This document shows positions 19,170 through 27,736 of a DNA stretch of 64,000 bases, piece after piece; the first letter of the stretch is position 1, and each line of letters starts with the position of its first letter. The DNA is from an uncultured Bacilli bacterium (lineage in GTDB: Bacteria; Bacillota_I; Bacilli_A; RF39; UBA660). The notes beneath the pieces were generated by a model, which did no database searches, was not told the origin of the DNA, and worked only from the letters and a program-made list of their open reading frames with translations. The translations under genes were made by a program, and so were the position numbers. Where the stretch lies: NCBI GenBank assembly GCA_944359055.1, contig CALVSO010000003.1, positions 4,832 through 68,831 of the forward strand, in the 5' to 3' direction.

Positions 19170-19851
19170 CTATTGGCTTAAAATTCATACGAACTTTAAA
19201 TTCACCACCTAAAATATTATCAGTACAATCAGGATCTTCGCCTTCAATCCATAAAACTATTGTATACTTGTCAATATCGTTAGGTTTAAAATTAGTAACA
19301 TCTTCACTCATGATTATTTTATTATCAATAAATGGAACTGTATTTGGTTCTACTTCTCCTTCACTTGATAATTTTGCATAAGTTTGATATTCTCTATTCT
19401 TATAAATTCTAACTCTGATGGCAGCATCAACATTCTTGATAACATCATCGATAATAACCTCTCTAGTATAACCAGCAACTTCATCTCCAGTATTTTCAAT
19501 ATAAAATGTATATACTAAATAACTATCGCCATTATGTGATCCACCTTCGTAATCTTTGATTTCTTCCGGTAACCATATTTCCTTAATACTATTAAAAGTT
19601 TCAGGAGCTTTAGCTAATAATTCTGTACGATATACTTTATATTGAAAATCATCATAAATAATTATGCCATTATCCAAATAAAGATTTTTATCGAGTGTTA
19701 TGCTAAAATTACCATTATTATAAACAATACCCATTACAAAATATAAAATAAGTAAAAGTAAAAGTAATAATATCACAACTAGTTTAAATCTTTTCTTAAG
19801 TTTTTTTTCTTTTTTTAATTTATCGGTAGTTTTAGTAAATTTACTTTCCAT
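19159..19851 (-). CDS. membrane-anchored WxEGxD-domain protein, paralogue class C (copy 1)
   Basis: 230 aa; MESKFTKTTDKLKKEKKLKK, then a TM helix, then NNGNFSITLDKNLYLDNGIIIYDD. C-terminus KYTIVLWIEGEDPDCTDNILGGEFKVRMNF. Confidence 0.6.
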   Translation of the reverse strand: MESKFTKTTDKLKKEKKLKKRFKLVVILLLLLLLILYFVMGIVYNNGNFSITLDKNLYLDNGIIIYDDFQYKVYRTELLAKAPETFNSIKEIWLPEEIKDYEGGSHNGDSYLVYTFYIENTGDEVAGYTREVIIDDVIKNVDAAIRVRIYKNREYQTYAKLSSEGEVEPNTVPFIDNKIIMSEDVTNFKPNDIDKYTIVLWIEGEDPDCTDNILGGEFKVRMNFKPIDAE

Positions 19852-19904
19852 CTTTTACCTACACCCCTTTTTGTACACTACGATATCCTTTACAATACAA
19901 TATA

Positions 19905-19956
19905 ATTATAACATACTTACTTTTTTTGTCAATATTAATTGTCAATGATTGTCGAA
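19905..19956 (-). promoter_or_regulatory. near-consensus sigma-A promoter for cassette 1 (TTGACA-16-TGTTATAAT; -10 at 19905-19910, -35 at 19927-19932) with upstream TGTCAAT, TGTCGAA (19950-19956) and TGTCAT repeats
   Basis: Reverse strand reads atgacatttttCGACAAtcaTTGACAAttaataTTGACAaaaaaagtaagtatgtTATAAT. A perfect 0A-box 7-mer is present, and the leader is conserved with cassette 2. Confidence 0.5.
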
Positions 19957-20025
19957 AAATGTCATATATGTTATTTAGCAATAAAAAAAGTCAAATGTTA
20001 TAATTTGACAATTATTCTTTATTAA

Positions 20026-20790
20026 TTAAGAACCTAATAAAGATAAAATCATATTAATATCTATGTGACTAAAATAAATAATTAAGGCTGCCATACTTAG
20101 AAAAGGTCCATATGGTATTTCGTGATTTTTATTTGTTTTCATTATAAATACTGATACAGGCAAAGCGATAAAAGCTGACAAAAATATAGTAATAATTGAT
20201 AATTCCCAGCCAATTATTAAACCAAAAACAGCCATTAATTTAATATCTCCACCGCCCATAGATTCTCTTTTAAAAATAAAATCGCCAAATAATTTTAGTA
20301 ATAACATAATTATAAAAGATATCAAAGCACTTAATAGTGAATTTAACAAAACATCTAATCCGTTAATAAAATATATTTCAATCATTAATAAAATACTAAA
20401 AACAATTAAAACACTATCTTCAATAATCATATAATAATAATCACTTAAAATAACTATTATCAATAAAGATGTAAATGTTAAAGCAATTATTAAATCAAAT
20501 GAAATACCAAATGATAAATAGCAAATTACAAATAATAAACCACAAATTATTTCAGATATTGGATAAAATATTGATATTTTATCTTTACAATTAACACACT
20601 TACCTTTTTGTAATATATAAGATAAAATAGGTATTAATTCTAAAGGTTTTAATTTATGATTACATTTTGGACAATGGCTACCCGGATATAAAATTGATTC
20701 TCCTTTAGGTAATCTATAAGCCACAACATTATAGAAGGAACCAAAAATGGTTCCTAGTATAAACAACCCTATTATAATACTTAATTCCAT
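20026..20790 (-). CDS. pilD: prepilin peptidase (A24 family, PilD/ComC-like)
   Basis: N-terminal CPKC...CVNC zinc-binding tetrad, catalytic GGGDIKL motif, multiple TM helices. Confidence 0.8.
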   Translation of the reverse strand: MELSIIIGLFILGTIFGSFYNVVAYRLPKGESILYPGSHCPKCNHKLKPLELIPILSYILQKGKCVNCKDKISIFYPISEIICGLLFVICYLSFGISFDLIIALTFTSLLIIVILSDYYYMIIEDSVLIVFSILLMIEIYFINGLDVLLNSLLSALISFIIMLLLKLFGDFIFKRESMGGGDIKLMAVFGLIIGWELSIITIFLSAFIALPVSVFIMKTNKNHEIPYGPFLSMAALIIYFSHIDINMILSLLGS

Positions 20791-20800
20791 AAAATCCCCC

Positions 20801-22741
20801 TTACACTTGAATTGAACTATAGAAACTAAACATTGGAATTACAATTGATAATACTATTCCACCAACCGTAAATGTTAAGAATAAAATCAAAGCTGGTTCA
20901 ACAAATGTTTTAATTCTTGTAACAGCATTTCGATGTAATTCTTGATAATAAGCTGATACTTTTTGCATCATCTCAGCTAATTGACCAGTTCTTTCACCTG
21001 TTGTAATCATTTCATAAGCTGGTACTGGGAAAGCCCAGTGATCTTTAAATGCTAATGAAATTCTTTCTCCTTTAGCTAAATTAGTAATAGTATCTAATAT
21101 TAGCATTTTATATATTTCATTATTTGTCATTTTATTTAATATTTCCATACTATCTGTTATAAAAACATTATGAGCTAAAAGGGATGCGAATGTTTTTGTA
21201 AACATAGTTACTTCATTATAAATAATAACATTACCAAAAATAGGCATGTGCATTAAAAACCACTGAACAAACGTTTTAAATGCTTTAATATTTTTATATA
21301 AATAAACAAATATTAATATAAATACACATACACCAATAATTAAGAATAAATAATTTTTTTGTAAAAATTCACTTGTGTTCATAACAAATATAGTGATTCC
21401 TGGTATCTTTGCACCATCAATTCCTTCATAAATTGCAACGAATTGTGGAACTACCCATACCATAATAAATATTACAGCTGCAATTGCTAAAACAAATATA
21501 ATAGCAGGATAAGTCATTGCGGTAATCATTTGTCTTCTTGTTTTGTCTGATTCAGTAAAATAATCAGCCATGTTATCTAAAACTTCTGGCAATTCACCAG
21601 TCATTTCTGATGTCTTAACCATATTGATAAGTAATCTTGGAAAAGCATTTCCTTGTTTATCCATTGCAGTTGAAAAATTATCTCCCATGGTTAAATCATA
21701 TATCATCGTTCTAAAAATTCTTGAATAACCTTTATTTTTAAATTGATGTGACAATATTTTTAAAGATTCAACTAATGTAATACCAGCTTTAATATATGTG
21801 GATAATTGAGTACAAAAGAAAATTAAATCCTTAGTTTTTATTCTCTTTCTATTAGCATGATTACCATTTCCATAGATTCTTTGAATCCATTTATTAGTTT
21901 CAATACTATATACTTCATTTCCTTCACTTAACAAAAATGAATGAACTTCAACTTTAGAATATGCTGGAAATAATCCTTTAATAATTTTTCCATCTGGACT
22001 TTTAGCAACATATTTATACATAATTTTTTCTTCACTTTTTTCGGCATCTGCACCATCAAAATCCAATAATAATGCTTGCCTATTAATATCTTTTTTATTT
22101 TGAGCATTTTTAACAAATCTATTATTAGTAAATAATTCTTTTATTTTTTTGGGAATACTTCCAATAGCTAAGAAAAATGAATTTATATAATCATTAACTG
22201 TTTTCTTTTCTAAAGTAACATTTTCATTAATATAGATATCAGCTTTAGTTTTTTCTTTCTTCTCTTGTTTTTTCTGTTCTATTTCTTCTTTTTCTTTTAT
22301 TTTTAATTCTTGTAATCTTTTTTTATTCTCTTCTTTTATTTGCCTATTTCTCTCTCTAGCAGCCATTTTCTTTTCTTGTTCCATTTGTTGTTTAGCACGC
22401 ATTTTCTCATTCATTTCATTTACTTTAATAATTCCTCTAACTATTAAAACTATTGGGAAAGCAAAACCAAACACAACATATTTTATAAACAAATATACAA
22501 ATCTTGAACTAACTACAAATCCAATAAATATATATTTTATAAATTTGTAAACAAAATAAGATAAATATAAGAATAAATAACTTATCATCTTAAAAAAGTA
22601 ATATAGAGATGATACTACTATATCAATCAATACAAATAATGTTACAAAAAAACCTATATTTATATATTTAAAAATTACAAACAAAAAACGTACCATTTTA
22701 TACACATATATAAATGGCAACAAATATATTGGTTTATTCAA
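20801..22741 (-). CDS. PilC/GspF-like inner-membrane platform protein with an extra N-terminal domain of about 230 aa (4 TM plus coiled coil); the canonical PilC N-terminus (MYKYVAKSPDGKIIKG) begins at an internal Met near 22021
   Basis: Paired T2SSF-type region (KDLIFFCTQLSTYIKAGITLVESL...) and C-terminal TM segments. In-frame N-terminal extension rich in F, Y and K, with a K/E coiled coil. Confidence 0.65.
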   Translation of the reverse strand: MNKPIYLLPFIYVYKMVRFLFVIFKYINIGFFVTLFVLIDIVVSSLYYFFKMISYLFLYLSYFVYKFIKYIFIGFVVSSRFVYLFIKYVVFGFAFPIVLIVRGIIKVNEMNEKMRAKQQMEQEKKMAARERNRQIKEENKKRLQELKIKEKEEIEQKKQEKKEKTKADIYINENVTLEKKTVNDYINSFFLAIGSIPKKIKELFTNNRFVKNAQNKKDINRQALLLDFDGADAEKSEEKIMYKYVAKSPDGKIIKGLFPAYSKVEVHSFLLSEGNEVYSIETNKWIQRIYGNGNHANRKRIKTKDLIFFCTQLSTYIKAGITLVESLKILSHQFKNKGYSRIFRTMIYDLTMGDNFSTAMDKQGNAFPRLLINMVKTSEMTGELPEVLDNMADYFTESDKTRRQMITAMTYPAIIFVLAIAAVIFIMVWVVPQFVAIYEGIDGAKIPGITIFVMNTSEFLQKNYLFLIIGVCVFILIFVYLYKNIKAFKTFVQWFLMHMPIFGNVIIYNEVTMFTKTFASLLAHNVFITDSMEILNKMTNNEIYKMLILDTITNLAKGERISLAFKDHWAFPVPAYEMITTGERTGQLAEMMQKVSAYYQELHRNAVTRIKTFVEPALILFLTFTVGGIVLSIVIPMFSFYSSIQV

Positions 22742-22859
22742 ATAGTATCACCACGCATTCCCTTTTGCTATTCTTAATACTAACATGATTATACCATATT
22801 TTTCTAAAAAGTAAAACTTTTTTTAAAAATTCATATAATATTTTTGAAAGGAGGAAATT

Positions 22860-23201
22860 ATGAATTTTTATCCTTATTATAATTTTCCTTACACTTCTTT
22901 TACACAAGTACCAAAAGTTGGTGGTTTAAAATCTTTATTTGGTAACATTAAATGGAGTTCTATATTAAGTGGAACTCAAAAAACATTAAATGTTATTAAT
23001 CAAGCAATTCCTATTATTAAACAAGCAGGTCCTGTTATTAATAACGCTAAAACAATGTTTAGAGTTATGAATGAATTTAAAAAAGTTGATATGTCACAAG
23101 AAAACATTATTCAAAATAATATTTCTAATAATACAAATTCAAATGATACAAATGTAGAAACTATTAAAAAAATAGATAATGGTCCTGTATTTTTCCAATA
23201 A
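22860..23201 (+). CDS. hypothetical small protein
   Basis: Strong Shine-Dalgarno (AAAGGAGGAAATT ATG); N-rich, 113 aa. Followed by a bidirectional hairpin terminator at 23204-23226. Confidence 0.4.
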   Translation: MNFYPYYNFPYTSFTQVPKVGGLKSLFGNIKWSSILSGTQKTLNVINQAIPIIKQAGPVINNAKTMFRVMNEFKKVDMSQENIIQNNISNNTNSNDTNVETIKKIDNGPVFFQ

Positions 23202-23213
23202 AAAAAGCCATTT

Positions 23214-25037
23214 TTAGGCTTTTTTACTATCTTCTTTTTTTCTTAGTTCAGTATTTAATATTTTCTTACGCATTCTATAACTCATAGGTGTAACTTCTAC
23301 CAATTCATCATTATTTATATAATCTAAACATACTTCTAAGCTTAATAATCTAGGTCTTTTTAAAACTACTGTATGATCACTTCCACTAGCACGTGTGTTA
23401 GTTAATTTTTTACCTTTTACAACATTAACAGCTAAATCATTATCATGATTATTTTCTCCTACAATCATACCTTCATATACTTCAGCACCAGGTTCAATAA
23501 ACATAACTCCTCTATCTTCTAGTTGTCCTAAAGCATAAGCAGTAGCTTTTCCATTTTCCATAGAAACTAAAACACCTTGTTTTCTTTGACCAACTTTTGA
23601 TCCTGCTAATTTACGATATTCTTTAAATGTATGATTAATTATACCATAACCTTTAGTCATAGTCATAAATTCTGTCATAAAACCAATTAATCCACGAGAA
23701 GGAACAATATAACTTAATCTTACTTGATTTTCATGGCTATGCATATTAACCATTTCACCATCACGATTTCCTAATGCTTCGATAACTGATCCTACATATT
23801 CTTCTGGAACTTCTACTAAAACATCTTCAAATGGTTCACATTTAATACCATCTATTTCTTTTACAATGACTTGAGGTTTAGATACTTGAAGTTCAAATCC
23901 TTCTCTTCGCATGTTTTCAATTAAAATAGATAAGTGTAATTCTCCTCTACCAGATACAATAAATGATTCACTATCATTTGGTTTAACTTTTAAAGATACA
24001 TCTCTTTCTGTTTCTTTATATAATCTTTCTTCAATTTTTCTAGCAGTTAATATTTTACCTTCTTTACCACAAAATGGACTAGTATTAACGCCAAACGTCA
24101 TTTGTAAAGTTGGTTCATCTATTCTAAGTAATGGTAAAGCTTCTTCTTTACCTTGAGTGCAAACTGTTTCACCAACTTCAATATCAGGTAACCCAGCTAT
24201 TGCTACTATTTCTCCTGCTTTAGCTTCAGTTATCTCGATTCTTTTTAATCCTAAATAACCATACATTTTTTGAATTCTAAATTGTTTAATAGAACCATCA
24301 CGTCTTACACAAGATACCATTTCATTTACTTTAGCTTTACCTCTTTTAACTCTACCAATTCCGATTCTTCCTACGAAATCATTATAATCTAGTAAAGCAG
24401 GTTGAAATTGAAATCCGCCATCTAAATCTACATTAGGAGCTGGAATATAATTTATAATTGCTTCTAATATAGGTTGCATTGTATGTTCTTGTGTTTCTAT
24501 TTCCGGATGAATACTAGATGTTCCATTAATAGCAGAGGCATATATTACTGGAAAATCTAATTGATCAATATCCGCACCTAATTCAATAAATAAATCTAAT
24601 ACTTCATCTACTACTTCTTTAGGACGAGCTGTTGGTTTATCTATTTTATTTACAACAACAATTGGTGTTACTCCTGCTTCTAAAGCTTTTTTAAGAACAA
24701 ATCTAGTTTGTGGCATTGTTCCTTCATATGCATCGACTACTAATAAAACACCGTCAACCATATTCATAATTCTTTCAACTTCTCCACCAAAATCAGCATG
24801 TCCTGGAGTATCTAATATATTTATTCTATATCCATCATAATTAATAGCAGTTGTTTTAGCTAAAATAGTAATACCTCTTTCTTTTTCAATATCATTTGAA
24901 TCCATTGAATAAGTATTTTCATTTTCTCTAAAAGTTCCTGACATTTCTAACAATTTATCAACTAATGTAGTTTTTCCATGGTCAACATGCGCAATAATAG
25001 CTATATTTCTTATTTTTTCCATAAACTCACTCCTCAA
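23214..25037 (-). CDS. typA: translational GTPase TypA/BipA
   Basis: IAIIAHVDHGKTTLVDKLL G1 motif, DTPGHADF, NKIDKP. About 607 aa, with a BipA-like C-terminus. Confidence 0.9.
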   Translation of the reverse strand: MRSEFMEKIRNIAIIAHVDHGKTTLVDKLLEMSGTFRENENTYSMDSNDIEKERGITILAKTTAINYDGYRINILDTPGHADFGGEVERIMNMVDGVLLVVDAYEGTMPQTRFVLKKALEAGVTPIVVVNKIDKPTARPKEVVDEVLDLFIELGADIDQLDFPVIYASAINGTSSIHPEIETQEHTMQPILEAIINYIPAPNVDLDGGFQFQPALLDYNDFVGRIGIGRVKRGKAKVNEMVSCVRRDGSIKQFRIQKMYGYLGLKRIEITEAKAGEIVAIAGLPDIEVGETVCTQGKEEALPLLRIDEPTLQMTFGVNTSPFCGKEGKILTARKIEERLYKETERDVSLKVKPNDSESFIVSGRGELHLSILIENMRREGFELQVSKPQVIVKEIDGIKCEPFEDVLVEVPEEYVGSVIEALGNRDGEMVNMHSHENQVRLSYIVPSRGLIGFMTEFMTMTKGYGIINHTFKEYRKLAGSKVGQRKQGVLVSMENGKATAYALGQLEDRGVMFIEPGAEVYEGMIVGENNHDNDLAVNVVKGKKLTNTRASGSDHTVVLKRPRLLSLEVCLDYINNDELVEVTPMSYRMRKKILNTELRKKEDSKKA

Positions 25038-25108
25038 TCAACTGTGTAATTATAGCATTTTTATTTTAATTTGTAAAGGTTTTTGATATAATTATAATAG
25101 GTGGTAGA

Positions 25109-25690
25109 ATGAAATTTTTATTTAGTATATTTATTAGTTTTCTATTTATAGTCAATGTAGATGCTCAAAAATTAGAAGTTACCTTAGATAAATGTGTTGA
25201 TGGTGATACTGCATGGTTTTATTTAGATAATGAAGAACTTAAAGCAAGATTTTTAGCAATCGATACTCCAGAGTCAACAACAAAAAAAGAAGCTTTTGGT
25301 AAAGAAGCTAGTGATTTTACTTGTAATTTATTGAAAAACGCTAATAAAATAGAAATAGAATATGATGATAACAGTGATAAATTAGATAAATATAATAGAC
25401 ATTTAGTTTGGGTATTTGTTGATGACAATTTACTACAAGACTTAATAATTAAAAATGGTTTAGGTGAAGTAGAATATTTATATGGTGATTATAAATATAC
25501 TTCTATATTAGAAGCTAGTGAAATATTAGCTAAAACTAATCGAGTTGGAATGTGGAATGATACATATGATTATTTATACATAATAGGAACTATAATTTTA
25601 ATTGTTATTATAATAATTATTTGTATTTTTAATAAAAAAGTAAGAAAAAAAGTATTCAATAAAATCAAAAAAAAGGTATTTACTTTATAA
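25109..25690 (+). CDS. secreted thermonuclease (SNase-like) with a C-terminal TM anchor
   Basis: Signal peptide; LDKCVDGDTAWF...ARFLAIDTPES staphylococcal-nuclease motifs; C-terminal hydrophobic IIGTIILIVIIIIICIF. Confidence 0.7.
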   Translation: MKFLFSIFISFLFIVNVDAQKLEVTLDKCVDGDTAWFYLDNEELKARFLAIDTPESTTKKEAFGKEASDFTCNLLKNANKIEIEYDDNSDKLDKYNRHLVWVFVDDNLLQDLIIKNGLGEVEYLYGDYKYTSILEASEILAKTNRVGMWNDTYDYLYIIGTIILIVIIIIICIFNKKVRKKVFNKIKKKVFTL

Positions 25691-26927
25691 TAAAACAAAT
25701 ACCTTTTTTTTCATTATTAACAGTTATTTCATACCCTAATAAATTAAGGGTTTTTTTAACAATTGATAAACCTAATCCAAATTGTCCTTTTATCCCTTTT
25801 TTGTAAGGAGTAAATATATTATTTAGGATATTAGGATCAATATGTGGTCCATCATTATATAGTGTAATTTTATTATTTTTAATTGTTATTTTTATTTCTT
25901 TTAAAGCATATCTCATAAAATTGTTTAATAAATTATCAATTATTGCTTCCCACATATCTAATGTACCATTAAATATAGTTTTGCCACTAATATTAACGAT
26001 AAAATTAACATCTGGTCGTTGTATTTTAAATTTATCAACGCTACTTTCAATAATTGGTTTTATATCAATTTTTTCATCTTTTTTTTCTATATCTTTAAGA
26101 TACGCTAATTTATTTAAGTATAAAAGGGAGTGTACTTTTATTTCGAGTTTATTTATTTGTTCTTTAATAATACTTCCGCCTGTTTGAGGATCCATAATTC
26201 CATCCTCAATAGCTTCCATATGTGATTTTATAACAGTAAGTGGAGTTTTAAAATCATGAGAAATATTTTGATACATTTGATTTTTGTATTCTTCTTGTTT
26301 TTTTAAGGTAGCTTTCATGTCGTCAATCGCTTTATTTAAAGTGCTTAACTCGTCATCTACCATATATTCATATTTATCAACATAATCATCATTGTCTAAA
26401 TTATCGACTTTTTCTTTCAGATGATATATTTTTGTTACTATTTGATTCGCCCATAATATAATAATACCAATTGTAATTAATAATGTTCCGATTATTACGG
26501 GTAGTAAAGTTTTCATAATATCGGATCTTATTTCTAATAAATAATCATTATTAGTAATTGCAATTTTATTAATGTATTCGGAATCAATATTATAATAATA
26601 ATATGTTTTACCTAAATAAGTAAATTTGCCATATTCATTATTTACTTTATCTAATATCTGTTTAGTATCAATATCAATTATATCTTTTAAATTATCTGAT
26701 ACTATAATTTTTCCATCAACAACATATAAATAAGCAATATCTTCAAAATCAGCTTTATCTACATTACTTTCAATCAATTCTAATGGTTGTTTTAGATATT
26801 GATATATATTTTTTTCATAGATAGGGAGTAAAAGTTTTGGGAGGAGTAAGCCCAAACTTATAAATATAATTCCACATATAATAATAGCTAATGAAACTAA
26901 TTGTCTATATAAAGTGGTTTTTATCAT
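25680..26927 (-). CDS. sensor histidine kinase (two TM helices, HisKA plus HATPase_c)
   Basis: H-box ISHDFKTPLTVIKSHMEAIEDG; C-terminal GLGLSIVKK G-box. Overlaps the response-regulator gene. Confidence 0.8.
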   Translation of the reverse strand: MIKTTLYRQLVSLAIIICGIIFISLGLLLPKLLLPIYEKNIYQYLKQPLELIESNVDKADFEDIAYLYVVDGKIIVSDNLKDIIDIDTKQILDKVNNEYGKFTYLGKTYYYYNIDSEYINKIAITNNDYLLEIRSDIMKTLLPVIIGTLLITIGIIILWANQIVTKIYHLKEKVDNLDNDDYVDKYEYMVDDELSTLNKAIDDMKATLKKQEEYKNQMYQNISHDFKTPLTVIKSHMEAIEDGIMDPQTGGSIIKEQINKLEIKVHSLLYLNKLAYLKDIEKKDEKIDIKPIIESSVDKFKIQRPDVNFIVNISGKTIFNGTLDMWEAIIDNLLNNFMRYALKEIKITIKNNKITLYNDGPHIDPNILNNIFTPYKKGIKGQFGLGLSIVKKTLNLLGYEITVNNEKKGICFIIK

Positions 26928-27589
26928 GTTAATCGATAACCAAAACCATAAATTGTATTAATATGCAATTTAGGCATTTTCTTTCTTAATCTTCTAATTA
27001 AATCATCAACTACACGATCAGTACCAAAATAATCTTCCCCCCAAATAACATTTAATATGTCATCTCGGCTAAATGATTTACCTTTATTATTTATAAACAT
27101 ATACAATAAATCAAATTCTAAAGTAGTTAAATTAACTTCTTTATCATTATGTAGAACTATTCTTTTATCAATATCTATTTCATAACATTCATATTTTATT
27201 TTATTAGAATTAGTGTAGACTCTTTTTAATATATTGTTGATTCTTAACATCAATTCTTTTGGTGAATATGGTTTAGCTATATAATCATCACTACCCAACT
27301 CAAGACCTAAAATTTTATCCAAGTCTTGATCTCGAGCCGAAGTGAATATAACAGGAACATTTTTGTCTAAACTTCTTATTTTTTTTATTAAATCATATCC
27401 ACTAATTGAATCACCTAACATAATATCTAAAATCCAAAGATCTATTTTTTCTTTGCCTATATACTCTAAAGCATCATTTCCTTTATAAAATTGGATTACA
27501 TCATATCCCTCTTTTTCCATATAGGACTTTATTAAATTATTTAATGATATTTCATCTTCTACTAAACAAATCTTATACACATTCATCAC
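26924..27589 (-). CDS. OmpR-family response regulator
   Basis: Receiver LVEDE...DLWILDIMLGDSISGYDL plus a winged-helix C-terminus (FDLLYMFINNKGKSFSRDDILNVIWG...YGFGYRL). Confidence 0.85.
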   Translation of the reverse strand: MMNVYKICLVEDEISLNNLIKSYMEKEGYDVIQFYKGNDALEYIGKEKIDLWILDIMLGDSISGYDLIKKIRSLDKNVPVIFTSARDQDLDKILGLELGSDDYIAKPYSPKELMLRINNILKRVYTNSNKIKYECYEIDIDKRIVLHNDKEVNLTTLEFDLLYMFINNKGKSFSRDDILNVIWGEDYFGTDRVVDDLIRRLRKKMPKLHINTIYGFGYRLT

Positions 27590-27736
27590 CTATTTTTAGT
27601 ATAACATAAATTTATTCATATACCACCTTCTTTCTTTAAATTTTTTTAATTTATATCTTCATCTATCACCTCCAACACATTAAGTATATAATATCATTGT
27701 GGTAATATTTTGATAAAAATATGGAAAAATGTGGTA

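Noticed and set aside
20026-20790. The idea that PilD processes the TYAWF-type proteins
   Set aside because: None of the paralogues has a class III signal (short charged leader-G-hydrophobic). The conserved motif follows the hydrophobic core, as in SipW substrates.
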